NCBI RefSeq assembly: GCF_006345805.1
Contig: NW_021832931.1
Span: 1 to 33,414 of the forward strand
Reading direction: 5' to 3'
DNA from: Octopus sinensis
Lineage: Eukaryota
Length of the DNA: 33,414 bases
Made by a program: the position numbers and the translations under genes. A model generated the notes under the pieces. The model was given only the letters and a program-made list of their open reading frames with translations, was not told the origin of the DNA and searched no databases. Shown here in pieces: positions 9,540-21,805 of the stretch; position 1 is the first letter of the stretch, and every line of letters starts with the position of its first letter.

Positions 9540-9944
9540 TATTCGTTATCAGCAACCTAAAAGTAGTTGGAAATTTCTACTCTGGTCTTGGCAGCGTTTT
9601 TGTTGTTGACCAATGTTATCTATAACAAGTCGTCAAAAATCTATATTCACTTATGAAACAGGCTTGAGAGGACTACATTTCACTAATGAGATATTAATAC
9701 GACCAAAACGTATCTTCACAGCTATCATATTGGTTGTTAACAAACATTAGAATTCTTCCCCCATATTAGCACAAACTTGTGTTTGAAAATTAAGTCTTCT
9801 ATAAAATTAATATTAGATTTTTTGAAATTCCCTTTTCTTTGAGAGTCGATAACTAGTAACACTACGCTTTTTTTTTACTTTCTCTACTCAGAAAAAAACT
9901 TCATTTCATTGAAACTTTATTTGTTCTTCTTGTGTATGTCATTC

Positions 9945-10020
9945 AATATATATATATATATTCACATGCATTCATACATACATGCATACATATATATATA
10001 TATAATATATACAATATATG

Positions 10021-10063
<43 letters not shown>

Positions 10064-10225
10064 GCATGTATGTATGTATGTATGTATGTATGTATGTATG
10101 TATGCATGTATGTATGTATGTGTATGTATGTATGTATGCATGTATGTATGTATGTATGTATGTGTGTGTATATATGTGAGTATGTATGTATGTATGTATA
10201 TATGTATGAATGCATGTGAATATAT
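9945..10225. repeat. (TA)n/(TATG)n compound microsatellite
   Basis: Direct reading. Confidence 0.95.
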
Positions 10226-10226
10226 A

Positions 10227-10573
10227 GGCGTGGCTGTGTGATAAGAAGTTTGCTTCCCAACCACATGCTTCCGGGTTCAGTCCCACTGCGTGGCACCTTG
10301 GGCAAGTGTCTTCTGCTATAGCCTCGGGCCGACCAAAGCCATATCAGTGGATTTTGTAGACGGAAACTGTAAGAAGACCGTCGTATGTGTGTGTGTGTGT
10401 GTGTGTCTCCCACCACCATCGCTTGACAACCGATGTTGGTGTCTTTACGTCCCCGTAACTTAGCAGTTCGGCAAAATAGACCGATAGAATAAGTACTAGA
10501 CGCTTACAAAGAATAAATCTCGGGGTCGATTTGTTCGACTAAAGGCGGTGCAGCCAAATGACTGAAACAAGTA
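10227..10573 (+). mobile_element. SINE family 2: tRNA-like head, CORE-like GCACCTTGGGCAAGTGTCTT, internal (TG)n, tail
   Basis: GGCGTGGCTGTGTGATAAGAAGTTTGCTTCCCAACCACATGCTTCCGGGTTCAGTCCC ... GACTGAAACAAG. A second full copy is at 19459-19884. Confidence 0.9.
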
Positions 10574-10574
10574 G

Positions 10575-10765
10575 AATATATATATATATATTTATATATA
10601 TATATGTATGTATGCATGTATGTATGTATGTATGTATGTATGTATGTATGTATGTATGTATGTATGTATGTATGCATGTATGTATGTATGTATGTGTGTA
10701 TGTATGTATGTATGTATGTATGTATGTATGTATGTATGTATGTATGTATGTATGTATGTATGTAT
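10575..10765. repeat. Long (TATG)n microsatellite
   Basis: Direct reading. Confidence 0.95.
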
Positions 10766-11139
10766 CACCTTAAAGTATGCACAATGTGTGCATGTGTGTA
10801 TGGTGTTAATGGTAATTATGATATGTCGGTGGGGATTGTAGAAGCGCTGAAGGTGTTGGCCGTGGTGTTGTAGAAGAAAATCATAAAAAAAAAACAGAGG
10901 GAGAACAGACAAAGAAGGTATGTAGAAAGTTGATTGTGCGGGATAAGCGTGGATTGTGTTACAGACACGAATAGGGAGAGGTAGAGGAGTAGTGTGAGAG
11001 ACAGATAGTGAAGGGGTGGGCCCGATGTTGGGCGGATTACTGGCACGCTTTTAATCATCTGTTTTCGTGACTGTCAGCCTCTGTTTACTTGCTGAGAGCA
11101 TGGATTGTGGGGGACGAGAATAGACTCAGATGGAACCCG

Positions 11140-11486
11140 TGATGGTGGTGCTAGTGGTGGTGGTGGTGGTTGTGGTGGTGGTGGTGGTGGTGGTGGTGGT
11201 GGTGGTGGTGTGGTGGTGAGTCTATAAAGGGACTGGATTAGTGGAGATAGGATTGTTAGGTCGTTGAGGGATAATGTCACGTGTGAATATATGTGTGAGT
11301 ATGTGTGTGTATGTATGCGTGTATGTGTGTCTGTATGTGCGTGTATGTGTCTGTATGTATGCGTGTCTATGTTTGAGGTTGATATATGTGTGTGTGTATG
11401 TGTATTTATGTACGTGTCTATGTCTGTGTATGTATGTGTGTATGCGTGGGTGGGTGTTTGCGTGTGTCTGAGTATGCGTGACAATT

Positions 11487-11517
<31 letters not shown>

Positions 11518-11660
11518 AAGTTCCTATATGGGGTGATATGGAATGATGGAGTTGTATATTGTCATTGTCAACGTGGGTGACTGCGGAGATGAAAGCGGTC
11601 ATGATGGTGTTAGCTGTCATGGTGGCGAGGTCGGTGGTTAATGTGACATTGCCGTCATCG
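11140..11660. repeat. (GGT)n, (TG)-rich and GAT/GGT low-complexity region
   Basis: Direct reading. Confidence 0.85.
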
Positions 11661-11896
11661 TTGTGATGTTTCGAAAATGTCATGAGTAAAAATAAAATTT
11701 TTAATGATTTAGTTTAGTCTCATGGAAAAAACTGCAACCCGCGGGACTTTCTGAACGAAAAACCTAGTGAAAAATTACTTCGAATTTTGTTTATAATGTG
11801 CGGCTCGTCTGATGATGAGTTATGTGTCAAGTGGCCTGCTTCTCGAGAAAGGTTGTCTATGTCTGGTTTAGTTCTTTAATATGATACAAGGTCCTT

Positions 11897-12105
11897 AAGG
11901 AGGTGAGCTGACAGAACCGTCAATACCCCGGGCAAAATACTTTGCACCATTTCGTCCGTTTTTACATTCTAGTTTCAAATTTCGTGACGGTCGACTTCGC
12001 CTTTCATCCTTTCGGGGGTCGATAAGATAAATGCTAATTGAGCACTGAGGTCGATATAATAAGAGTAACCCCCCACCTTCGAACTTGCTGACTTTGTGCC
12101 AAAAT
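11897..12105 (+). mobile_element. Diverged SINE family 1, tail A
   Basis: AAGGAGGTGAGCTGACAGAA...GTCGACTTCGCCTTTCATCCTTTCGGGGGTCGATAA...CTTTGTGCCAAAAT. Confidence 0.85.
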
Positions 12106-12296
12106 GATGTATGGTCCTTTATATAGCTGTGGTCTCCTGAGATATATGCATTTGACAAAACATTTACTCTTTGTGCAGTGTGCCATCTTAAGGCATGGAC
12201 ACACCAGGTGGTTTCACGGGGGTCTCAAGTATGCAGACTGTGGTTTGTTGTTAATGAATACCTATTTTCTTGCATATAAGTCGATTTTTTTTTCAG

Positions 12297-12788
12297 ACCA
12301 AAAATTTACAACAAAAAAATGGTAAGTCGACTTGGCACGAAGACAATTTTAGAAGACTAAAAGTTCCATGTGAAATGCAGCAGGACTTAGAAAGACAGAG
12401 ACGATACACTACTCACTATGTTGACTTGTATTCCAGAAAATACGATAAATACTGTCGGCCCATTGCAGTGATTTGTCCGGGAGCCTATTATGCTGCTAAT
12501 ACGGCCCTGATTTCTTGGACATATTGTTTCGATATCATTTCTTTAAATGTTTTGTACCTAAGAGCTGTATTGGAAACAGAACTGCTGACTGGATTGTGTA
12601 TTATAGTTTCATCGTTTTTCGTTTATTCTGTCGACTTCAATGGTTCGGTTCCACACAGCATGGAAAACCATACCAGAATAACTATCTGGACTAATGTACA
12701 TGTAATTCACAAAAGGCCTCCACGGAATATTATTTCTTATAAATGCTCTTTTCTTATCATTAAACAATTTGTAAATGGATTGTATTAA
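12297..12788 (+). CDS. Candidate coding exon of unknown product; alternatively a 25-nt micro-exon 12297-12321 ending in ATG
   Basis: Strong acceptor TTTTTTTTTCAG| at 12296, followed by an open phase-0 frame to TAA at 12788 and AATAAA repeats near 12825. An internal AAAAAAATG|GTAAGT donor sits at 12322. No family recognised. Confidence 0.3.
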   Translation, partial: TKNLQQKNGKSTWHEDNFRRLKVPCEMQQDLERQRRYTTHYVDLYSRKYDKYCRPIAVICPGAYYAANTALISWTYCFDIISLNVLYLRAVLETELLTGLCIIVSSFFVYSVDFNGSVPHSMENHTRITIWTNVHVIHKRPPRNIISYKCSFLIIKQFVNGLY

Positions 12789-13215
12789 AAACAGAATATT
12801 TCAGTTGCGTATCTACCTTTCTCGAATAAATAAATAAATAAATAAATAAATAAATTCCCTTAAATGATCCTGATGCGATTTAAACTAATGACAGTTAAGT
12901 AGTGGTCCATATATTGTTGAGTATCTATGTAAATTCTATTATATTGGCTATTTACCTTTTGGTACGAATTTTTACTAGGAGAAATGTCTCAGAATTTAAA
13001 GGGAAGAATTATAAACTGGTGATACATCTTCACCGCGTATCCCTGGTAAATAAGCATATAAGGTCTCATCTTGGTTTCATTTCTTATTTGAAGCATATTT
13101 TGCTTTGTTGAAACTGCAAGCAATCATAAAGGAATCGGTAAACTATAAACATCACAACTTCCCATTAAAACCACTCATTTAAAATCTGAATGGCTTTGTG
13201 CCTAAAGACTTTGAC

Positions 13216-13479
13216 TTAGGTCTGTCATAAGCCCTAGAAATCATATGGCCGGAGCTTGACCCGTTTTCCATGGCGTATAAGTGACTTAGATTACAACACA
13301 CCACCCTGAACAGGACGTCGATCCATCACAAGGTGAACTTCCCTCTATTGCTGGCGCACATTTACAGCTGACTGGACTGGGGCAACGGGAAATAACGTGC
13401 TTAGCCCGGTCTGTGAATTGAAACCTTGGTCTTACGATTGTGGGTGGAATACTCTAACCACTAGACTATACGCCCTCAC
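13216..13479 (-). mobile_element. Old tRNA-derived SINE with CORE-like and V-domain-like central segments
   Basis: Reverse complement: GAGGGCGTATAGTCTAGTGGTTAGAG..GGTTTCAATTC..CCCCAGTCCAGTCAGCTGTAAATG..TGTGATGGATCGACGTCCTGTTCAGGGTG..AAGCTCCGGCC. Its tail recurs at 21718-21797. Confidence 0.65.
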
Positions 13480-13523
13480 AGATGTGTATCCAGCACTTAA
13501 TAAAAATGGATATTTCCATATTC

Positions 13524-13600
13524 TAAGGCGGCGAGTAAGCAGAATCATTAGCAGTCCGGGCAAAATGCTTAGCGGCATTTCACCCGTCAATCAGATGTTC
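13524..13600 (+). mobile_element. SINE family 1 head fragment
   Basis: AAGGCGGCGAG..GCAGAATCATTAGCA..CCGGGCAAAATGCTTAGCGGCATTTC. Confidence 0.8.
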
Positions 13601-13924
13601 TGTCTGATAAGCATGTAACTAATATCGAAAAAATCTGAACTTCGAAAGTAGAATGACGGAACTTGTAACCGAATCACTGACGATTTTTCAAAAAAAGCAC
13701 TGAAACTGTCTCTTATTTTTTTTTTTTTCCAGCTGATACTAACTTTCAGTTGCAACTACTGCCAGAAAATAGATTCTTCCGATTTAGGCACAAGACCAGC
13801 AATTTTTTATTTTTATTTTTTTTTTGAAAGGGGATTAGTCGATGCCATACTTCTCTGAAAGCAGATGATGAAGGTGTTGGTTATGGCAGTTGTTTGAATA
13901 ACGCAAGTTACCGTCATTATTATA

Positions 13925-13934
13925 CAGTAGCAGC

Positions 13935-13983
<49 letters not shown>

Positions 13984-14130
13984 ATGGACTGTCGAGATTT
14001 GGTAGTAATAGTGGAAGGAAAAAAAGAATCGCAATAATTAAAATGGAGATAATGGTCATAGTACTTAGCTCATAGTTCAGCTGGTGTTCAGTGCAGTAGT
14101 ATTGGTACTGGTGGCGGTATTAGTAGTAGT

Positions 14131-14172
<42 letters not shown>

Positions 14173-14175
14173 TTG

Positions 14176-14221
<46 letters not shown>

Positions 14222-14590
14222 AGTAATGATGATGACGGTAGCAGCGACGGTGGCGGTGGTAGTTTGTCGTGGTGATGGTGATGATGATGGTGGTATTGTG
14301 TACATTCTACTAATGCACTATTTTATACTAATATAGTGGTACTTTAGGGGACTTAAAAATGGCAGAAGTGTTTAATTTTGATCGTGACTATGGAAGCGTA
14401 AAATTACAACGATGTTAAATGTTGTAGTTGCTGTTTAACACCCAAATTCAAGATTGATTGAAAGAAAAACCAATGACCAAAACCATTCCAGCTGTGGCCA
14501 TCCCATCTTCTATTCAGATAATTCTCTTCCGTCACGGAGGGTTTTTAGCGAAGGTCGTAGGCACAGCCCCCTACTCGATACCAAACTATA

Positions 14591-14642
<52 letters not shown>

Positions 14643-14655
14643 AAAGAAAAAGAAA
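13925..14655. repeat. (TAG)n arrays (13925-13985, 14115-14222) and (AAAG)n (14588-14655)
   Basis: Direct reading. Confidence 0.9.
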
Positions 14656-15002
14656 CACGGTGCAGTTTTAGTCATGTATCCAACAACTTTCCATTTTTGC
14701 AAGACTGTGGGGGCGGATGCGATATGAAGTTTAGGTTACATTTTCTGACAGACCGATCAAATGATATAAAAAAATTTGAATAATGGTGCACGTATGTCAA
14801 ATATAGCTGATTGAGTGATTAACCGAATGATTAATGAAACAATCGACTAATTATAACAGAAGAAGTGAAATAGAGCCAGTGCGTTTATTATTGTCGTAAT
14901 GACCTACTGAAATACAACAAAATCTGTTTCACAACAAGAATCTTGCAAACCACAATCCAATTAAATTCAAAAACGAAATACATACATACATACATATATA
15001 CA

Positions 15003-15210
15003 ACCGACTCTGTCTTTATTGGCAAGAAATCTTGAAATAAAACTAAATAACAACATACATACATACACATACACATACACATGCGCGCGCGCATACAAAC
15101 AAAAGTACTCTGTTGTTGATCTTGAAATTCCAATGAAGGAGCCTTGGATTTAGGTTAGAAACCGGTTCTTTCTCTATTGGCAAGAAATCTTGAAAAACTG
15201 AATAATGACA
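15003..15210 (+). mobile_element. Short dispersed repeat anchored on (CATA)n; two tandem tail copies here and an inverted copy at 19214-19287
   Basis: TATTGGCAAGAAATCTTGAAA occurs twice here and, diverged and reverse-complemented, near 19225-19247. Each copy runs into (CATA)n. The second copy carries TGAAGG-AGCCT..AGGTT-AGAAACCGGTT. Confidence 0.65.
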
Positions 15211-15225
15211 TACAGACACACCACA

Positions 15226-15259
<34 letters not shown>

Positions 15260-15629
15260 CATACATACATACATACATACATGCATACACGATTACTTCA
15301 TCTTGTCAGATGATAGCCGTTTCAATTGATACTGAGAGAAACAGTTGTACGTCACCGGATTTAATTGACAAAAACTTGTACAACACTTTTGCCACTCTCT
15401 CGGGCAAAAGTGGGTTCCATTGACAAGCATTGCAAGATGAGTGATACTATTTTGAGGGCAAGTTTTATGCCGGTGTATGTTTCCCTTAGAAGAGCTGCCT
15501 TTCTCACAGCTTTGCCAAAAATGAAAAGCACCTGCACTACACCTGAGAGATTATTTAAGCCATAGATGGTACCTTGAAGAGGTGCTACCGTTGTGGATTA
15601 GAACGGGCATGTGAGTCATGGTAATTAAG

Positions 15630-15844
15630 AATCGTTAGCACGCCGGGCGAAATGCTTAGCGGTATTTCGTCTGCCGCTACGTTCGGAGTTCAAATTCCGC
15701 CGAGGTCAACTCTGACTTTCATCCTTTCGGGGTCGATTAAATAAGTACTAGTTACGCACTGGGGTTGATATAATCGACTTAATCTGTTTGTCTGTCCTTG
15801 TTTGTCCTCTCTGTGTTTAGCCCCTTGTGGGTCATAAACAAATA
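15630..15844 (+). mobile_element. SINE family 1, tail B, slightly 5'-truncated, with a 10-bp TSD
   Basis: TSD GGTAATTAAG at 15620-15629 and 15845-15854. Confidence 0.9.
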
Positions 15845-15855
15845 GGTAATTAAGG

Positions 15856-15928
<73 letters not shown>

Positions 15929-15967
15929 GGGTACTGTCTAAATATTGGGTTTATCTTCTATTTAAAA

Positions 15968-16165
15968 TAATTCTTTCAAACTTGGGCACAAGGCCATCAA
16001 TTTTCAAGAGAGGGGCTTGGCGATTATATCATCCCCATTTCTTGACACCAAAAGAAAGAAATGCAAAGTCGACCTCAACGTAATTTGAGTTCAAAACATA
16101 AAGACAAAAGAAATATTGTTAAACATTGTCCGACGCGCGGACAATCCTGCCAGCTCACCGCCATC
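15968..16165 (-). mobile_element. Old SINE family 1, tail A
   Basis: Reverse complement: GGCGGTGAGCTGGCAGG..GAGGTCGACTTTGC..GGCCTTGTGCCCAAGTTTGAAA. Confidence 0.75.
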
Positions 16166-16744
16166 TTTTATCCAGTATGATAAGAGTTTCTTTTTTTTTT
16201 TCTATTGTTTCTATAGTGTTACTACGTATGCATGACATTGGGCTTTAAAATTCTTGAAAATCCCACCCCCATTATTCTGGTTTTCATAGTTACACTTTCT
16301 TTTCTTTTTAAATTGTTCACTCAATTATTTCTTTTATGCTCAAATGTTTCACAGTTTCTATTGAATGGCTTTGCAATTTAGTAAGTTCATTCAATGAATT
16401 AATTATAATTTCTAGGAAAATCTACTTTCTTGACATCGGAAACTTTATAATCCGATCCTGAAAATATTTAACAAAATATAATAAAAAAAAATATTTCTAA
16501 CTTAAACTTATTAGTTCCACGTGTTGTCTAACATGCTATCGAAGAAATGAGATGATTGCAAAATGAAAGTAAAATATAAAGGTGAAACAGAATTTTTTTA
16601 TAAATGTTCATTTTTTTAATGATTAAACACAGACCAGATTTGTAATATCACGGAGTGATAATTCTATGTATCTAATTATCTAATAAAAATAAAACACTAA
16701 ATACAGAGGAACCGTGCAAACTGAGTGGCGCATAAAGCGAGGGT

Positions 16745-19000
<2,256 letters not shown>

Positions 19001-19149
19001 TGTTGTGCGGACGCCCCCAGACGATGAAGTAGGCTAGCATAATACGTAGATATAGATGGAGAAGCCTAGACGTCAGAGTGAAGTAGACCAGAACAGAGTA
19101 AAGTGGTGTAGAGTTGAGTAGTAGAGGCATCCGAACGTGCGACATAACA
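19001..19149 (+). mobile_element. 149-bp solo-LTR-like insert in a (TATG)n array
   Basis: Ends TGTTGTG...CATAACA (7-bp inverted repeat, 1 mismatch, TG..CA). GTATG lies on both sides; the phase shift of the array implies a TSD length of 1 mod 4, e.g. 5 bp. AGTAAA lies about 45 nt before the 3' end. Confidence 0.55.
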
Positions 19150-19458
19150 GTATGTATGTATGTATGTATGTATGTATGTATGTATGTATGTATGTATGTA
19201 TGTATGTATGTATGTGATTATTTTATTTCAAAATGTCTTGCCAATAGAGAAAGAACCACTTTCTAATCTAGATCTAAGGCTTCTTCCAACGATGGCTTGA
19301 ATCTGGAGACTTAGAATTAGCTTTCTCTTTTCTTGTTTTGAGAAGCCTAATTTCACAAGGTTGGTACTTAGACAGTGTTACATATCCCAGTACCCCAATA
19401 ATTACAGATGTAAGCCTAAACTTGTAATCCGGGTAGAGTAACTCTAGATTTCTCAATA

Positions 19459-19884
19459 GGCGTAGGAGTGGCTGTGTGGTAAGTAGCTTGCTTATGAACC
19501 ACATGGTTCCGGTTTCAGTCCCACTACGTGGCACCTTGGACAAGTGTCTTTTACTATAGCCACGAGCCGACCAAAGCCTTGTCAGTGAATTCGGTAGACG
19601 GAAACTGAAAGAAACCCGTCGTATATATATGTGTGTGCGTGTGTGTGTGTGCGTGTCTCAGTGTGTGTGTGTGTGTGTGTGTATGTGTCGCAGTGTGCGT
19701 GTGTGTGTGTCTGTGTTTGTCCCCCCCCCAACATCGTTTGACAACCGATGGTGGTGTGCTTATGTCCCCGTAACTTAGCAGTTCGGCTAAAGAGCCCGAT
19801 AGAATAAGTCCTAGGGTCGATTTGCTCGACTAAAGGCGGTGTTCCAGCATGGTTACAGTCAAATGACTGAAACAAGTAAAAGAG
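19459..19884 (+). mobile_element. SINE family 2, full length
   Basis: Homologous to 10227-10573, with a longer internal (TG)n. Confidence 0.9.
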
Positions 19885-20004
19885 TTCAGCGTAGGTATTT
19901 TCTTTTCTGCTGATCTTTAGATTTATGTTAACATCCGCTGGGCAACTGATTTCCACAGCTGTACGGAATTTCTCTTCTCTGGCTCAAATCACTGTGTCAG
20001 GTCT

Positions 20005-20209
20005 ATGTATGTATGCATGTATGTATGTATGTATGTATGTATGTATGTATGTATGTATGTATGTATGTATGTATGTATGTATGTATTATATATGTATGTA
20101 TTATGTATGTATGTATGTATGTCAGCCGCTTTCGTCCCTCAAATGTGCATGTGCAACGACTGAGAGTCATGCATGCACTTCTCTCTGTGCCTCTCTCTCT
20201 GTTTCTCTT

Positions 20210-20291
<82 letters not shown>

Positions 20292-20720
20292 CTTCACTGA
20301 CTCATCAATGCTACTATCATTATTGTCATCTCTGGTACTTCTATCTTTATCACCACCACCACCGCCACCCACACACCCATATCGACAACTACCTCTATCA
20401 CCACAACCATCATCACAACCATCAGCATCCCTGCTACTACCACCACCACCACCACCACCACCATCTCAACCACCTAATATAAACTACAACTACAGCTGTT
20501 ACGAATACTACTACTACAATCCCAACCACCCAACCTCCTCTGCCACCAATATCACTAACACTGCAATTATTACTGTTTCTACATTTAACACAAACCCTAC
20601 ACTTACTAACAATATTACCAACGCTACCACCACTACCACAGCAGGCAGTGCAACCACCGCCACTACCACAGAAGCCAGTACAATCACCGCCACTATCACG
20701 TATGCTCCTATCATACGATT
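20005..20720. repeat. (TATG)n, (CT)n and (CAC/CTA/ACC) low-complexity region
   Basis: Direct reading. Confidence 0.9.
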
Positions 20721-21403
20721 TGGAAATTGGTGCCTCGGGTTCCTCAAGACTTGCAGCTTGAATCACATTGTTTTTAATAAGACACTTTTAGCAAAATAAC
20801 AATGATTAGTAAGAGATTTGATGTCATGTGACTTTGCGACTAATTGCTTCAGTCCCCTAAAGGGGGCAATGCGAGATACTTTGATTGTAAGGGCCCAATT
20901 GTCTGAAAATGAATAAATGAATAAATAAAATAATTAATTAGCTAACTAATAATAAATAAATAAATAAAACACAGAAATAAAATATATAAAATAAAGAGAA
21001 CCAGTTTCTTTTAACTTTGCCAGTTCATCAGTTTATCTGATGCTTCTTTATAAGTATGTGTGGGTATGCATGTATATGCATATGTACGTACATGTATGTA
21101 TGCATGTGTAGGTGTACGTGCGCGTGCGCGTGTGTGTGTGTGTGTGTGTGTGTGTGCATGAAAGGAGTCGATAGCGCGCAGGATAAAATATCTTGCGGTA
21201 TGTCTTTCGGTTCTCTGATCTCTGAGTTCAACTTCTGCTGAGGCAAGTTTTACTTTCTCTCTTTTGGTGCTCGATAAAGTTCCACTTAATACTGCAACAG
21301 ATCCCTTTTTCTTTCTGAGTTTCTCTGTTTACATTCCTGATGCTTAAAGCATACACACACACACATGCATATATATATATACATATATACATATATATAT
21401 ATG

Positions 21404-21524
<121 letters not shown>

Positions 21525-21717
21525 GGGAGGGCGGACATAAAAAATTTACCAGTTAGTTTTAATAGTTTACTATTGATTAAATAAGTATCAAATAACGTAT
21601 CAATCCATTATTTGAGTTCGATTCTTCGATTTGTCTGTCTTTCTTTCTTGCTCTCTCTCTTTCCCTCTCTCTTCTCTCTTTCGTACAAAAAACTTTTATG
21701 CCTATGGGCACATACAC

Positions 21718-21797
21718 CCTAGGTCAGTTATGATCCCTAAGAACCATAAGACCGGAACTTGAGCCTTTCTCTATGGCGTACAAGTGACCGAACAGGA
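21718..21797 (-). mobile_element. Tail fragment of the old SINE seen at 13216-13479
   Basis: CTAGGTCAGTTATGATCCCTAAGAACCATAAGACCGGAACTTGAGCCTTTCTCTATGGCGTACAAGTGAC aligns with about 13216-13285. Confidence 0.65.
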
Positions 21798-21805
21798 CGC
21801 AAAAC

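Larger units (their letters stand above)
7449..9615 (-). mobile_element. Chapaev3-type (CMC superfamily) DNA transposon, internally deleted non-autonomous copy
   Basis: TIRs CACTGGTCAACAA (7449-7461) and reverse-complement CATTGGTCAACAA (9603-9615), with a 3-bp TTA duplication at 7446-7448 and 9616-9618. Transposase remnant inside. CAC termini with a TWA TSD fit Chapaev3 (established knowledge, from recall). Confidence 0.85.

Noticed and set aside
9690-9725. CTAATGA...CAAAACGTA as a hammerhead relic
   Set aside because: Two core mismatches, no stem II pairing and no microsatellite-linked tail; indistinguishable from chance.
11705-11880. 53-codon open frame (SHGKNCNPRDFLNEKP...)
   Set aside because: No homology recognised and weak splice signals.
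20173-20799. 208-aa ORF resembling a mucin or Pro/Thr-rich protein
   Set aside because: It is built from (CT)n, (CAC)n and (CTA)n low-complexity DNA that is open in several frames on both strands.
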